A stretch of 64,000 bases of DNA from an uncultured Spirochaetota bacterium (GTDB taxonomy: Bacteria > Spirochaetota > Spirochaetia > SZUA-6 > Fen-1364). The first letter of the stretch is position 1, and the number at the start of each line of letters is the position of its first letter. Below are positions 9,208 to 18,312 of this stretch, piece after piece. A program made the position numbers and the translations under genes. Location of the stretch: positions 7,676 through 71,675 of the forward strand of contig CAVWBF010000025.1 of the NCBI GenBank assembly GCA_963753085.1, read 5' to 3'. The notes under the pieces are model-generated. The model was not told the DNA's origin. It saw nothing but the letters and a program-made list of their open reading frames with translations, and ran no database searches.

Positions 9208-9987
9208 CTACGGCCCCCAGATCTTCGCCGCTGGGTCCATGACCCACTTGTGCTCCGGTACGAAGGTCGGCGTGCCATAGCGGGCGCCGTCGAGGTGCCG
9301 AATCACCCAGACATAGAACATTGCATAGCCGGGAGCGGCGGCGTGAGGGTGCACGGCGCCCGGGGGGATGATCACCGTGTCCCTGTTTCGAAGCAGGTAC
9401 GCCTCTTCCCCGATCTGACACAGGCCGAATCCCTCGGGCAGCTGGAAGCGATAATGGTAGATCTCCGGCTGCGGATGGTGATGCGGAGGGTAACTGGACC
9501 ATTTGCCGGGGAACGTGACCACCTCTCCGAGCACGAGGTTTGACGCGGAATCCCGGGGATCCTCCAGGATGGTTCGAACGATCCGGGTGGATGTCTCCTT
9601 CATCGTCCCCTTCCCGCGCTCTTCGCTTCGACATTCCTCCGGCGTGTAGAGGTGCACGGGAAAGGAACGCGGGTTTTCCGTTGCGTGCACGGAGATCTCC
9701 GCTCCGCCGTTGCCCGCCGTGAGGGTTGCCTCGGCTTTCGCCGGCAGGCTCAGGCACCACGGGGACTGCTCGAAGAGAGACTCCCGCGAAACGCGGTACT
9801 TTCTCCCTTCCCAGGCCATCTCCACGGAGCCGTCCAGGAGAAGGAAGGCCCTTTCCCTGCCAGGGCCCGAGCGGTGGGCCTGGCCGGCTTTCAGGCGCAG
9901 GATCCCGAAGTCCATCAGCGTCTCCGCGTGATGGGCTCCTATTTCCGTGTATCCGATGGGGAACTCGCGCTCGTTTCGTATCCGCAT
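9208..9987 (-). CDS. iolB: 5-deoxy-glucuronate isomerase
   Basis: LVLGEVVTFPGKWSSYPPHHH, EIYHYRF and HPHAAAPGYAMFYVW motifs. Confidence 0.9.
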   Translation of the reverse strand: MRIRNEREFPIGYTEIGAHHAETLMDFGILRLKAGQAHRSGPGRERAFLLLDGSVEMAWEGRKYRVSRESLFEQSPWCLSLPAKAEATLTAGNGGAEISVHATENPRSFPVHLYTPEECRSEERGKGTMKETSTRIVRTILEDPRDSASNLVLGEVVTFPGKWSSYPPHHHPQPEIYHYRFQLPEGFGLCQIGEEAYLLRNRDTVIIPPGAVHPHAAAPGYAMFYVWVIRHLDGARYGTPTFVPEHKWVMDPAAKIWGP

Positions 9988-10115
9988 GGTTTTCCCGCGG
10001 GGATTCTACATCCCTCTCCGCGGCGCCATCAAGTGAGAAAGGGGCTCGCTGTTTTTGCCTCCCGGCATTACTTTCTAGACGTAGCCATGAGAGCCATTCA
10101 TCGGAAGACCACACC

Positions 10116-11543
10116 ATGGGCATGAACACCCTGAGCGCGAACGACAAGGCGCTTCGCATCAACATCGATGCCGCGCGCTACGGGACCTTTGCCGAGATAG
10201 GCGCGGGCCAGGAAGTGGCGCGTTGGTTCTTCCACGTTGGCGGCGCCGCGGGGACGGTTGCCAAGACCATCTCCGCCTACGACATGGCCGTCTCGGACGC
10301 CATCTACGGCGCCACGGGGCGCTATGTCAGCAGACAGCGCCTCGTTGCCATGCTCGACCACGAATGGGCCCTGCTTCTGGAGCGGCTCGACGCCAAGCGG
10401 GCTGAGAAGACCAAGTGTTTCGTGTTCGCGGATACAGTGGCGACCAAAAGCCACATGAGGCAGGAGGACGGTCACGGCTGGCTGGGCATCAGGTTCCAGA
10501 CGGAGCCGCGCGGTCCGGCCTCGGAGATCATCATCCACGCGCGCATGTGGGACCTGGACAACGTGCGCCAGCAGGAGGCCCTTGGCCAATTGGGGGTCAA
10601 CCTCATCTACGGAGCGTTCTACCACTCGGCGTCCCCGGAAACGCTGATCGGGTCCCTCATGGACGAGCTCACACGGGACCGGATGGAAGTGGACATGCTG
10701 AAGTTTTCCGGGCCGGCATTCACCGCGGTGGACAACCGGCTCATGAGCCTGCAGCTGGTCCAGCAGAGGCTGACCAACGCCGCCATGTTTGCCCCCGACG
10801 GCGAGGTGGTGGAGCCGGCGGAGCTCCTGTACCATCAGCCGGTTCTCATCGAGCGCGGAAGCTTCCGCCCCATCACAAGGGTCACCCTGGACATGCTGGA
10901 GAGGTCCCTGGCCCAGCTTCGCGAGATGCCCGACATGGCCGGGAGGGAGCCCGTCATCCTCATGGAGATGACGCTCCGCAACCTTCTCACCCTGGGAGAG
11001 AAGGTCGAGCACGCGGACTTCCTGGCTCGCATGGATACCCTGCGGGCCCTCGGCAGGACGGTCATGGTGTCCAACTATTCGCGCTTTCACAACGTCACCG
11101 TGTACCTGCGCAGGTACACGCACGAGAGGATCGTCATGGTGCTCGGCATCCCGACGCTCCAGCAGGTCTTCGATGAGGAGCACTATCGGGATCTCGAAGG
11201 CGGCGTCCTGGAGGCCATGGGCCGTCTCATACGGGGGCCGGTTACGCTGTACGTCTATCCGTGGAAGAACAGCGAGACCGGAGAGGTCGTCACTGCCGGG
11301 ACGTTCAAGGCTCCGGCCGCGCTTCGCCATCTCTACGCCCATCTCCTTGAAAACCACGGCGTGGAGGCCGTGCGGGATACGGCGCCCGCCGACCTCTCCA
11401 TCCTGCCTCGGGACGTGCTTGCCCGGCTCCAGGAAGGAGACCCGACCTGGGAAGAGCTTGTGCCGGAAGTTGTTGCCCGCGTCATCAAGGCAGGAGGGCT
11501 GTTCGGTTTCCGCCAGCCGGCCCCGGCGCGGAGGAGAGCATGA
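10116..11543 (+). CDS. conserved protein with a CinA-like N-terminal region and a degenerate NadD/NMN-adenylyltransferase-like C-terminal domain
   Basis: YGTFAEIGAGQEVARWFF..GGAAGTVAK, then RGSFRPITRVT (degenerate GSFxPxHxGH) and a NadD-like end WEELVPEVVARVI. Start is 10116 or 10122. Confidence 0.7.
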   Translation: MGMNTLSANDKALRINIDAARYGTFAEIGAGQEVARWFFHVGGAAGTVAKTISAYDMAVSDAIYGATGRYVSRQRLVAMLDHEWALLLERLDAKRAEKTKCFVFADTVATKSHMRQEDGHGWLGIRFQTEPRGPASEIIIHARMWDLDNVRQQEALGQLGVNLIYGAFYHSASPETLIGSLMDELTRDRMEVDMLKFSGPAFTAVDNRLMSLQLVQQRLTNAAMFAPDGEVVEPAELLYHQPVLIERGSFRPITRVTLDMLERSLAQLREMPDMAGREPVILMEMTLRNLLTLGEKVEHADFLARMDTLRALGRTVMVSNYSRFHNVTVYLRRYTHERIVMVLGIPTLQQVFDEEHYRDLEGGVLEAMGRLIRGPVTLYVYPWKNSETGEVVTAGTFKAPAALRHLYAHLLENHGVEAVRDTAPADLSILPRDVLARLQEGDPTWEELVPEVVARVIKAGGLFGFRQPAPARRRA

Positions 11544-12445
11544 GCGCTGGAGTGAGCGGGCCGGCTGCCGCTCTTCGGCCCGGGCACGCCCGGGAGAGGG
11601 TCATCGCATACCTCGAGCTGACCAAGCCGCGGATCGCTCTCCTGGTGCTGACGGTCGCAATCGGTTCGTTCTACCTGGCTCTGCCGACCGCTGTGGACTG
11701 GGCAAGGCTGGTGGAGACCGCGGTCGGCGTCAGCCTGCTCGCCTTCGGGATTTTCGCTCTGAATCATTACCAGGAGCGGGAATTCGACGGGCTCATGCTC
11801 CGCACGGCCCACCGGCCCCTGCCGAGCAGGCGGCTTGCGCCGCGTGACGCGCTGGCATTCGGCGTTGTCCTCACGACGGCCGCCGTCGCCGGTATCACCG
11901 CTGTTCTCGGGCTCGTTGCCGGCTGCGTGGCTCTCTTCACTTTTGTAAGCTACATCTTCATCTACACGCCGTTGAAGCGGCGCACAATGCACCACACCAT
12001 TCCGGGAGCGCTCTCAGGGGCCATGCCCCCTCTCTTGGGCTGGGCAGCCGCCCGCGGGAGCCTGGACCTGAACGCGTGGGTCCTGTTCGGCATTCTTTTC
12101 TTCTGGCAGTTTCCCCATTTCCTTGCCCTCGAGCTGATGTACCGCGAGGACTACCAGCGGGGCGGCGTGCGCGTTGTCACGGCGTCTCCGGCTGCGGGCG
12201 CATGGGTGGTTACGGAGATAGTCCTGGCCATGATCCTCCTGGTGGCCGTGAGCCTCGCGCCGTACGTGACCGGTATGGCCGGCCCGGTGTACCTGGTGGG
12301 CGCCGCGATCCTGGGGTGGATCTTCCTGGTGCTTGCCGCCCGGGCGGCGGTGCGCAGGGACAAGGCCGGCGGACGGCTTCTTCTGCGCGCCTCGATTTCC
12401 TATCTTCCGCTCCTGTTCCTGCTTCTGGTTTTTGGTGTACACTGA
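11540..12445 (+). CDS. cyoE: protoheme IX farnesyltransferase (heme O synthase)
   Basis: YLELTKPRI, MLRTAHRPLP, YTPLKR, GAMPPLLGW, FWQFPHF and YREDY motifs. ATGA overlap with the upstream gene. Confidence 0.92.
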   Translation: MSAGVSGPAAALRPGHARERVIAYLELTKPRIALLVLTVAIGSFYLALPTAVDWARLVETAVGVSLLAFGIFALNHYQEREFDGLMLRTAHRPLPSRRLAPRDALAFGVVLTTAAVAGITAVLGLVAGCVALFTFVSYIFIYTPLKRRTMHHTIPGALSGAMPPLLGWAAARGSLDLNAWVLFGILFFWQFPHFLALELMYREDYQRGGVRVVTASPAAGAWVVTEIVLAMILLVAVSLAPYVTGMAGPVYLVGAAILGWIFLVLAARAAVRRDKAGGRLLLRASISYLPLLFLLLVFGVH

Positions 12446-12549
12446 AGACCTTCCTTGCCCCTTTTCAGGCATTTCAGTGAAATAAAACGGCGGCAAAGAC
12501 GTCATGATCCGGTGGGCGGGTTTCCGCTCCATCAGGTGTTGAAAGGGGC

Positions 12550-14409
12550 GTGGAAATGTTCCCGTCAGCTTCCAGGGTTCTGCGGGCCGCGACGCTGTGT
12601 GGCGTGCTGCTGGCGGCCGCCGTGCTGATCGTGTCATGTGTCGGAGCGCCTCCGGCGCGGGATCTGCAGCCCACACGGACAGCCGCGGCGCTCGAGTTCC
12701 ATTCCGGCAAAAGAACGGACCAGGACGGGATTCCGCTTCTGGATCTTTCAGGCTCTTCGTACGAGGTCGGACTGCAATACGGCGTGCTTCTTCGACCCGA
12801 GATCCGCGCCGTGCATGGAGAGTTCAAGGGCCTCCTTGATGAGCTGACCGGCGGAGGCCTGCGGCTGTTCTTCTTTCGTCATTCCCTGGACGGGAAGATC
12901 GACCAGATGCGTGCCGCCCTGCCGGCCGAGTTTCTTGAAGAGATTCGCGGCATTGCAGACGGCGCGCAGATTCCATTCGACGAGTACCTGTTTTTCGCGG
13001 TAGCGCCCGAGCTTCTTTTCGATCCCGGTTGCACCTCGATCGTGGTGAGGCGCGGGGACCAGATGGTCCACGGCCGCAATTTCGACTTCCCGAGGCCCGC
13101 CAACATCATGTCCCGGTATCCCGTCATCGTGAAGTCGGCCGTGGACGGGAAGGTCCCCTTCATCAACGTCGGCTTTGCCGGACTGCCCGGTGTCTACACT
13201 GGCTTCAACAGTCATGGCATCGCGGCCAGCGTCAACACGGCCTCATTCACGAAAAAAACCGAGCGAAACTTCGTTCCCGTGGGGTTCCTGGTCAAGTCTG
13301 TCCTGGAGGACTGCTCGTCCCTGGCGGAAGTGGACGCTCTGATGAGGCGCTCCGTCGCGTCCCACTACTTCATCACCGTTTCCTCGCGGGACGAACGAAG
13401 CGCCGCGCTCTACGAATCCCTCGGCGGTTCGGCAACGAAAGTGGAAATGACGCAGGACGTCCTTTCCGTGGCCAACGCCCCTCTTTCCACGGTCAATCGC
13501 CAGCGCAACGCGTCGATCCTCTCCCAGGCCGAATACAACCTTGCCCGCGAGAGGGAGGTGGGTCTGCTTGCTGCCCGCAGGCCGCAGGCCGGCCTTGCCG
13601 ACTACGTTCACGACATCCTCGGCAACCACGACTTCTACAGCTATCCGGACTTTCCCGCGCACCAGACGCCCATCCAGGATTCCCTGAAGACCATCAATAA
13701 CTACAACACGATCCAAAGCGTCATTATCGATTGGCCCGAGAACCTCCTCATCTTTTCCTATCGCTCCTCGTATGCGGGTTTCGGTTCTTTTCATGCATAT
13801 GACATTTCCTCCGGGCAGCTCAGCCTCTGGCGCCCGGAAGATCCCTTTTCGCTGACGAGCGGTTTTCGCGCGGACACCGGCTTCCTGGAGAGCGCATTCT
13901 CCCTGGTGCGGTCAAAAGGAATGAGCCTTGACAAGGATGGATGGGAGAAGATTCAGGGGATCCTCGCTGAGAGCGAGGGGCTGAACCCCCTGCTCAGAGC
14001 CGACTGGACATTCTCCGCCTCCATGGCCCTGAAGAGCTTCGATGAAGCCGGGCGCGCGGGTCGGGGAATCGATCGGGCTTTCCCGGACTACTACCTCGGC
14101 CCTCTGGACCAGGGCTTCGCGGCGTATGAAAAAGGGGATTGGCAGGAGGCGCGGGAATGTTTCCTCGAATCAGAGTCCCGTCCGATAAACTCTCCTGCCA
14201 CGCGCCTCCTTGCAATCGCATACGCTTCACTGGCGTCCGGCAGGCTGCATGACGGCGCGCAGGCGGCCCGGCTCCGGGAGCAGGCACGAGAGCTGTTGTC
14301 GCAATACTGGATCCCGCCCGACCTCGACCAGAGCTTGAAGAGCTACATCCGCGACGGCGAGGTGGCGGAGCTGCTGCACGGCATTGCGAGAGACGTGGAA
14401 AAGCGCTGA
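12550..14409 (+). CDS. C45-family Ntn-hydrolase (acid ceramidase/acyltransferase-like), probable lipoprotein with a C-terminal TPR-like region
   Basis: Lipobox-like LIVSC; GSSYEVGLQYG and EEIRGIADG motifs; autoproteolysis site GCTS followed by HGRNFDF; helical C-terminus. Confidence 0.8.
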   Translation: MEMFPSASRVLRAATLCGVLLAAAVLIVSCVGAPPARDLQPTRTAAALEFHSGKRTDQDGIPLLDLSGSSYEVGLQYGVLLRPEIRAVHGEFKGLLDELTGGGLRLFFFRHSLDGKIDQMRAALPAEFLEEIRGIADGAQIPFDEYLFFAVAPELLFDPGCTSIVVRRGDQMVHGRNFDFPRPANIMSRYPVIVKSAVDGKVPFINVGFAGLPGVYTGFNSHGIAASVNTASFTKKTERNFVPVGFLVKSVLEDCSSLAEVDALMRRSVASHYFITVSSRDERSAALYESLGGSATKVEMTQDVLSVANAPLSTVNRQRNASILSQAEYNLAREREVGLLAARRPQAGLADYVHDILGNHDFYSYPDFPAHQTPIQDSLKTINNYNTIQSVIIDWPENLLIFSYRSSYAGFGSFHAYDISSGQLSLWRPEDPFSLTSGFRADTGFLESAFSLVRSKGMSLDKDGWEKIQGILAESEGLNPLLRADWTFSASMALKSFDEAGRAGRGIDRAFPDYYLGPLDQGFAAYEKGDWQEARECFLESESRPINSPATRLLAIAYASLASGRLHDGAQAARLREQARELLSQYWIPPDLDQSLKSYIRDGEVAELLHGIARDVEKR

Positions 14410-14493
14410 TGCGCGGCGGCGAAGACTGAAGGCCGGCCGTCCGGGGAACCGGTTGCCGCAGACCGCAATTCCGCGTATACATTCCGCACACAG

Positions 14494-14961
14494 ATGGGAA
14501 CTGACAACGCGCGCGCATTCGTCGTGAAACGAACACAGGCAGGCCTCGGGCTTTTCACAGCCAGGACATTTGCCCGCGGGGATCTTGTCATCGAATATAC
14601 GGGTGTGCTTCTCTCCACGGAAGCGGCGGACCGCAGGGGAGGCAGGTACCTCTTTCGGGTGAACTCCCGGTGGACCATCGACGGTCAGGGCCGGGAGAAC
14701 CTGAGCCGCTATATCAACCATTCCTGCAAGCCCAATTGCGTGGCTTACACGCGCGGCAGGCGCGTCCTCATCTACTCGCGAAGAAAGATCGAGCCGGGCG
14801 AGGAGCTTTGCTACAATTACGGAAAGGAATATTTCAACGCCTTCATCAAGCCGCGGGGATGCCTCTGCTTTGCGTGCCGCGACGGCGGAGGCGGAAACGG
14901 CGGGGGTCGAAACGGCGGAGGCGGAAACGGTAACGGGGGGCGCCAGAGGCCACGCCGCTGA
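14494..14961 (+). CDS. SET-domain protein-lysine methyltransferase
   Basis: GLGLFT, IEYTG, RYINHSCKPN, GEELCYNYG and post-SET CLCFAC motifs, followed by a G/N/R-rich tail. Confidence 0.9.
   Translation: MGTDNARAFVVKRTQAGLGLFTARTFARGDLVIEYTGVLLSTEAADRRGGRYLFRVNSRWTIDGQGRENLSRYINHSCKPNCVAYTRGRRVLIYSRRKIEPGEELCYNYGKEYFNAFIKPRGCLCFACRDGGGGNGGGRNGGGGNGNGGRQRPRR
14884..14929 (+). repeat. degenerate tandem repeat encoding the Gly/Asn tail of the SET protein
   Basis: GGCGGAGGCGGAAACGG occurs twice, separated by a degenerate copy; the repeat encodes GGGGN-GGGRN-GGGGN. Confidence 0.7.
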
Positions 14962-14982
14962 CGGCGCAGCCTCCGCTTGGGG

Positions 14983-16425
14983 TCACTTCCCCGCGGCGGA
15001 CCCCGCGTCCGCAAGCCAGATGGGAGCGCCCGTTGCCTGCTTCAACGCATACTCGCTCAGCACCTCTCGGTACTGCGACTGCAGGCTTCCCAGCTCGGCG
15101 CGCTCCATGGCAGCCTGCGCGTCCAGGTATTCCAGGTTGGTAAGCATTCCCAGGTCGTACTGGAGCTTGACCACGTCCAGCATCTCTTTGGCCTGATCCA
15201 GCTGAGTCTGCGAGGTTTCAACCTGACGGCGCCCGGCCTCCACGTCCTGGACGGCTTGGAGCACCTGGGTGGCCACGCTGCGCTTGACCGCCAGGGAGCT
15301 CTCGCGGGCCGCCTGGAGCTTCTTCTCCGCCTCTTCCCCCTGCCGTGCAATGAGGAAACCCTCGAAGATGGGCACGTTCACCTGGACGCCGGCCACCCAG
15401 TTCAGCACGGGGGTGTTGATGTCGGGCAGTATCCCGTTCTTGTAGCCGATCGAGGCGTGCCCTGAGACCGTGGGCCAGGCGCCGATGTCCGCGAGGCGGC
15501 GGCCCAGCTCGGCGGCGCGTTCCGCATCCGCGGCCTGGCGGACCTCCGTCCGATGCGTCAGCGCGGATGCAAGCAGAGACTGCTCGTCCGGAGAAGCCCC
15601 TGCGCCTGCGGCGAACGCGCCGCTCAGGTCAAGCGGCTCTGATTCACCCATGCCCATGAGCTGTTTCAGCCCGACGGTCTGCTTGTTCAGCTGGTTCTCC
15701 GCCTCGATGCGTTGGCTTTGAAGCGCGCTGACGCGGACCTCCGTGGAAAGCTCGTCGTAACGGGTGGCGGAGCCGGTCTGGGTCCGGACCTCGACGGCCT
15801 GCAGGTGCTCGTTGAGGTTCGCGACCTGGCTGTCCAGGGCTGCAAGCTGCCCCTTGAGGAAGAGCACCGTGTAGAAGCCCTGGGCCGCCTGGAACGCGAG
15901 GCTCGTCCTGATCTGCTCCACGCCGATCTCGGCAGCCGACACGCCGCTCTCAGCAAGCTTGACCTGGATCCCTCGCTTGCCGAACTGGAAGATCACCTGG
16001 CTGAGCCCGACGTTGAAGTCCCACATGTTCACCGGAACAAGGGACAAGGGGGACTCGAGGAGAGGCGCGACGTTCGAAGGGATGGAAATGCCCAGCTGCG
16101 ACAGGACGGAAGCAGGAGGGAGGAGGGAGGCGATAGCGAAGCTCTGGTCCGAAATCCTGTTGTACGACGCCGTGCCGGCGACAAAGGGGTAGTATGCACT
16201 GTTGGCTTCCCCGACCCGGGCGCGCGCTGCTTCCACGGCCGCCTGGGCCTGCTGGATCAGAGGCTGGTTGGCGAGCGCCCGCGAGATCACCTGGTCCACG
16301 GTCAACCGAGCGGCAGCCGGCTGCGGGGATGCGGCGGGCGCCGGTGCCGCGGTCTCCTCCGCACGGAGGCCGGTTGCGCCAAGAAGCAGGAGCACCGCGG
16401 CCGCGGCGCCAAATCCGGCCCTCAT
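14983..16425 (-). CDS. TolC-family outer membrane efflux protein
   Basis: Signal peptide; LTVDQVISRALANQP and YDLGMLTNLEYLDAQ OEP repeat patterns; last gene of the efflux operon. Confidence 0.88.
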   Translation of the reverse strand: MRAGFGAAAAVLLLLGATGLRAEETAAPAPAASPQPAAARLTVDQVISRALANQPLIQQAQAAVEAARARVGEANSAYYPFVAGTASYNRISDQSFAIASLLPPASVLSQLGISIPSNVAPLLESPLSLVPVNMWDFNVGLSQVIFQFGKRGIQVKLAESGVSAAEIGVEQIRTSLAFQAAQGFYTVLFLKGQLAALDSQVANLNEHLQAVEVRTQTGSATRYDELSTEVRVSALQSQRIEAENQLNKQTVGLKQLMGMGESEPLDLSGAFAAGAGASPDEQSLLASALTHRTEVRQAADAERAAELGRRLADIGAWPTVSGHASIGYKNGILPDINTPVLNWVAGVQVNVPIFEGFLIARQGEEAEKKLQAARESSLAVKRSVATQVLQAVQDVEAGRRQVETSQTQLDQAKEMLDVVKLQYDLGMLTNLEYLDAQAAMERAELGSLQSQYREVLSEYALKQATGAPIWLADAGSAAGK

Positions 16426-17567
16426 CGGGCCACCTCCATCCCGTCCTGCAGCGCTTCCACGTTGGAGGTTGCGACCATCTCGCCAGCCTGCAACCCGGAC
16501 AGCGCCTGGGCATCGGCATCGTTTCTCATTCCCAACGTGACTTGCGTCTTGTGGACCTTGCCCCCCGCCACGACGAAGACGAAAGCCTGGCCGTCCTCAC
16601 CCGAAGCCACCGCGGACAACGGCACCATGATTCCCGAGGCTCCCGTGATGGTGAAGGACGCCTTGGCGGTCATGCCGGCAAGGAGCTTCGCGTCGTTCGT
16701 GAGCAGGACCACAACGGGGAAGTACTGGCCCGTGGCCGCGGCAATCGGGCCCACCTGCTCAACTCGGCCGGCGTAGGACTTGCCGGGCATCGCGTCCACG
16801 GAGACTTTCACCTTGTCACCCACGGACAGATGCACGATGTCTTCCTGCGAAATGTTGCCCTGCAGCTTCAGCGTGGCCGTATCCGCGACTGACATCAGGG
16901 GTGAGGAGGTGGATGTGATCTCCCCCGGATTGATGTTCCGATTCGTGATGATGCCGGAGATCGGGCTCGTAATGGTGCTGTTTGAGATCTGCACCTTGAT
17001 GAAGTTGACCTGGGCCTCTGCCTGGGCCACTCCAGACCCGCTGACCGTCTGGTACTGGCGGCTGGCGTTGTCAAATGCGCTCTTGGCCAGGTCCAGCTTC
17101 GTCTGCGCGTCATCGAGCTGGCTCTGCGTGACGACCTTGCTGTCAAGCAATGTCTTTGTCCGATCGTATGCGCGCTGGGCCAGGTCGAGGTTCAGCCGCG
17201 CCGTCTCCACGCCGATCTTGGCCTGCTGGGCCTGGTCGGAAACGCCGGCGAGCTGGGCCTCGGCAACCTTCAGCTGGGCGTTCATCTCCTTGGTGTCGAT
17301 CTGTACGAGAAGCTGGCCGGCTTTCACCGCGGTGCCGACGTCACCGCCCACGTATGTGGCTTGACCGCCGATCTTGGCAAAGATGTTGACCGTGTGATTG
17401 GGAACCAGGACCCCGGAAAACTCCACGTTCTTGAGGATGGGCCCCGCGCGGACAGTCGATGTCTTCACGGTGACGCGCAAAGGGGGCTTCGGCTGGCAGG
17501 CAATGATGGTCACGGAAAGCGCCGCGATGGAGAGGAAAAGGGCTACAGTAGAGAATCGATTCTTCAC
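16422..17567 (-). CDS. efflux periplasmic adaptor (MFP) with an alpha-hairpin, possible lipoprotein
   Basis: GTG start after AAGGAG; IIAC lipobox-like site; VKAGQLLVQID, a coiled coil and ITSPISGII. Confidence 0.88.
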   Translation of the reverse strand: MKNRFSTVALFLSIAALSVTIIACQPKPPLRVTVKTSTVRAGPILKNVEFSGVLVPNHTVNIFAKIGGQATYVGGDVGTAVKAGQLLVQIDTKEMNAQLKVAEAQLAGVSDQAQQAKIGVETARLNLDLAQRAYDRTKTLLDSKVVTQSQLDDAQTKLDLAKSAFDNASRQYQTVSGSGVAQAEAQVNFIKVQISNSTITSPISGIITNRNINPGEITSTSSPLMSVADTATLKLQGNISQEDIVHLSVGDKVKVSVDAMPGKSYAGRVEQVGPIAAATGQYFPVVVLLTNDAKLLAGMTAKASFTITGASGIMVPLSAVASGEDGQAFVFVVAGGKVHKTQVTLGMRNDADAQALSGLQAGEMVATSNVEALQDGMEVAR

Positions 17568-17586
17568 GAATCTGCTCCTTGCAATT

Positions 17587-18282
17587 TCAGTTGATGTGAA
17601 TCTTGATAAATGCATTCATTCCGACCATGAGCCGCGCGTCCCCCGGGTCCAGGATGCTCACCTTGATGGGGATCACCTGGATCACCTTGGTGTAGTTGCC
17701 CCCGCTGTTCTGCGCGGGCAGGAGGGAAAAGGTGGATGAGGTGGCACGGCCGATGGTCTGCACCCGCCCGTGGAATGTCCTTCCGTGGAACGCGTCCACC
17801 TCTATGTCCACCTGCTCACCGACCTTCACCCGTGTGATGTCACCTTCCTTGATGTTCGCGCTCAGGTACAGGTTGTCCGTGTCCGCGATCATTGCCAGGG
17901 ACATCCCAGGGGTGGCAAGCTCCCCTACCACGGCGGAGGAGAGGATCACCTGGCCGCCAATCGGCGCCTTCAGCACCGCTTTTTCCGCGACCACCCCTGC
18001 CACGGAGCCCATGGTCTGCGGGTTGAGGGCGCCCGAGGTGAGCGCAGAGCCGAGGTCCTGCCTGCCCAGCACATCGTCCTTGGCCACCTTGTCTCCTTCC
18101 TTGACCCGCCACTCCAGCAGCTTGCCGACGATCTCGGGGCTCACCGAGACAACGTCTGCCGCCACCCGGGCGTCATCCGTGGCAACGTAGTGGGCTCCCT
18201 GGTACGAGTAGTAGCCCACGATGCCGGCCACGGCTACAACCGCGATTGCAAGGACAATGATGATGACATTTCTTCGTGACAT
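17587..18282 (-). CDS. short HlyD/EmrA-family adaptor lacking the long alpha-hairpin
   Basis: N-terminal TM helix; VATDDARV, VKEGDKV, LKAPIGG and FSLLPAQNSGGNYTKVIQVIPIK motifs; only 231 aa. Confidence 0.88.
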   Translation of the reverse strand: MSRRNVIIIVLAIAVVAVAGIVGYYSYQGAHYVATDDARVAADVVSVSPEIVGKLLEWRVKEGDKVAKDDVLGRQDLGSALTSGALNPQTMGSVAGVVAEKAVLKAPIGGQVILSSAVVGELATPGMSLAMIADTDNLYLSANIKEGDITRVKVGEQVDIEVDAFHGRTFHGRVQTIGRATSSTFSLLPAQNSGGNYTKVIQVIPIKVSILDPGDARLMVGMNAFIKIHIN

Positions 18283-18312
18283 GAAAATTCCTTCCGTAGA
18301 TGTGTTGAAGAG

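Noticed and set aside
9726-10115. N-terminal extension of the 605-aa ORF
   Set aside because: It overlaps iolB on the opposite strand and is low-complexity Arg/Pro/Gly; the family-like sequence starts at ~10116.
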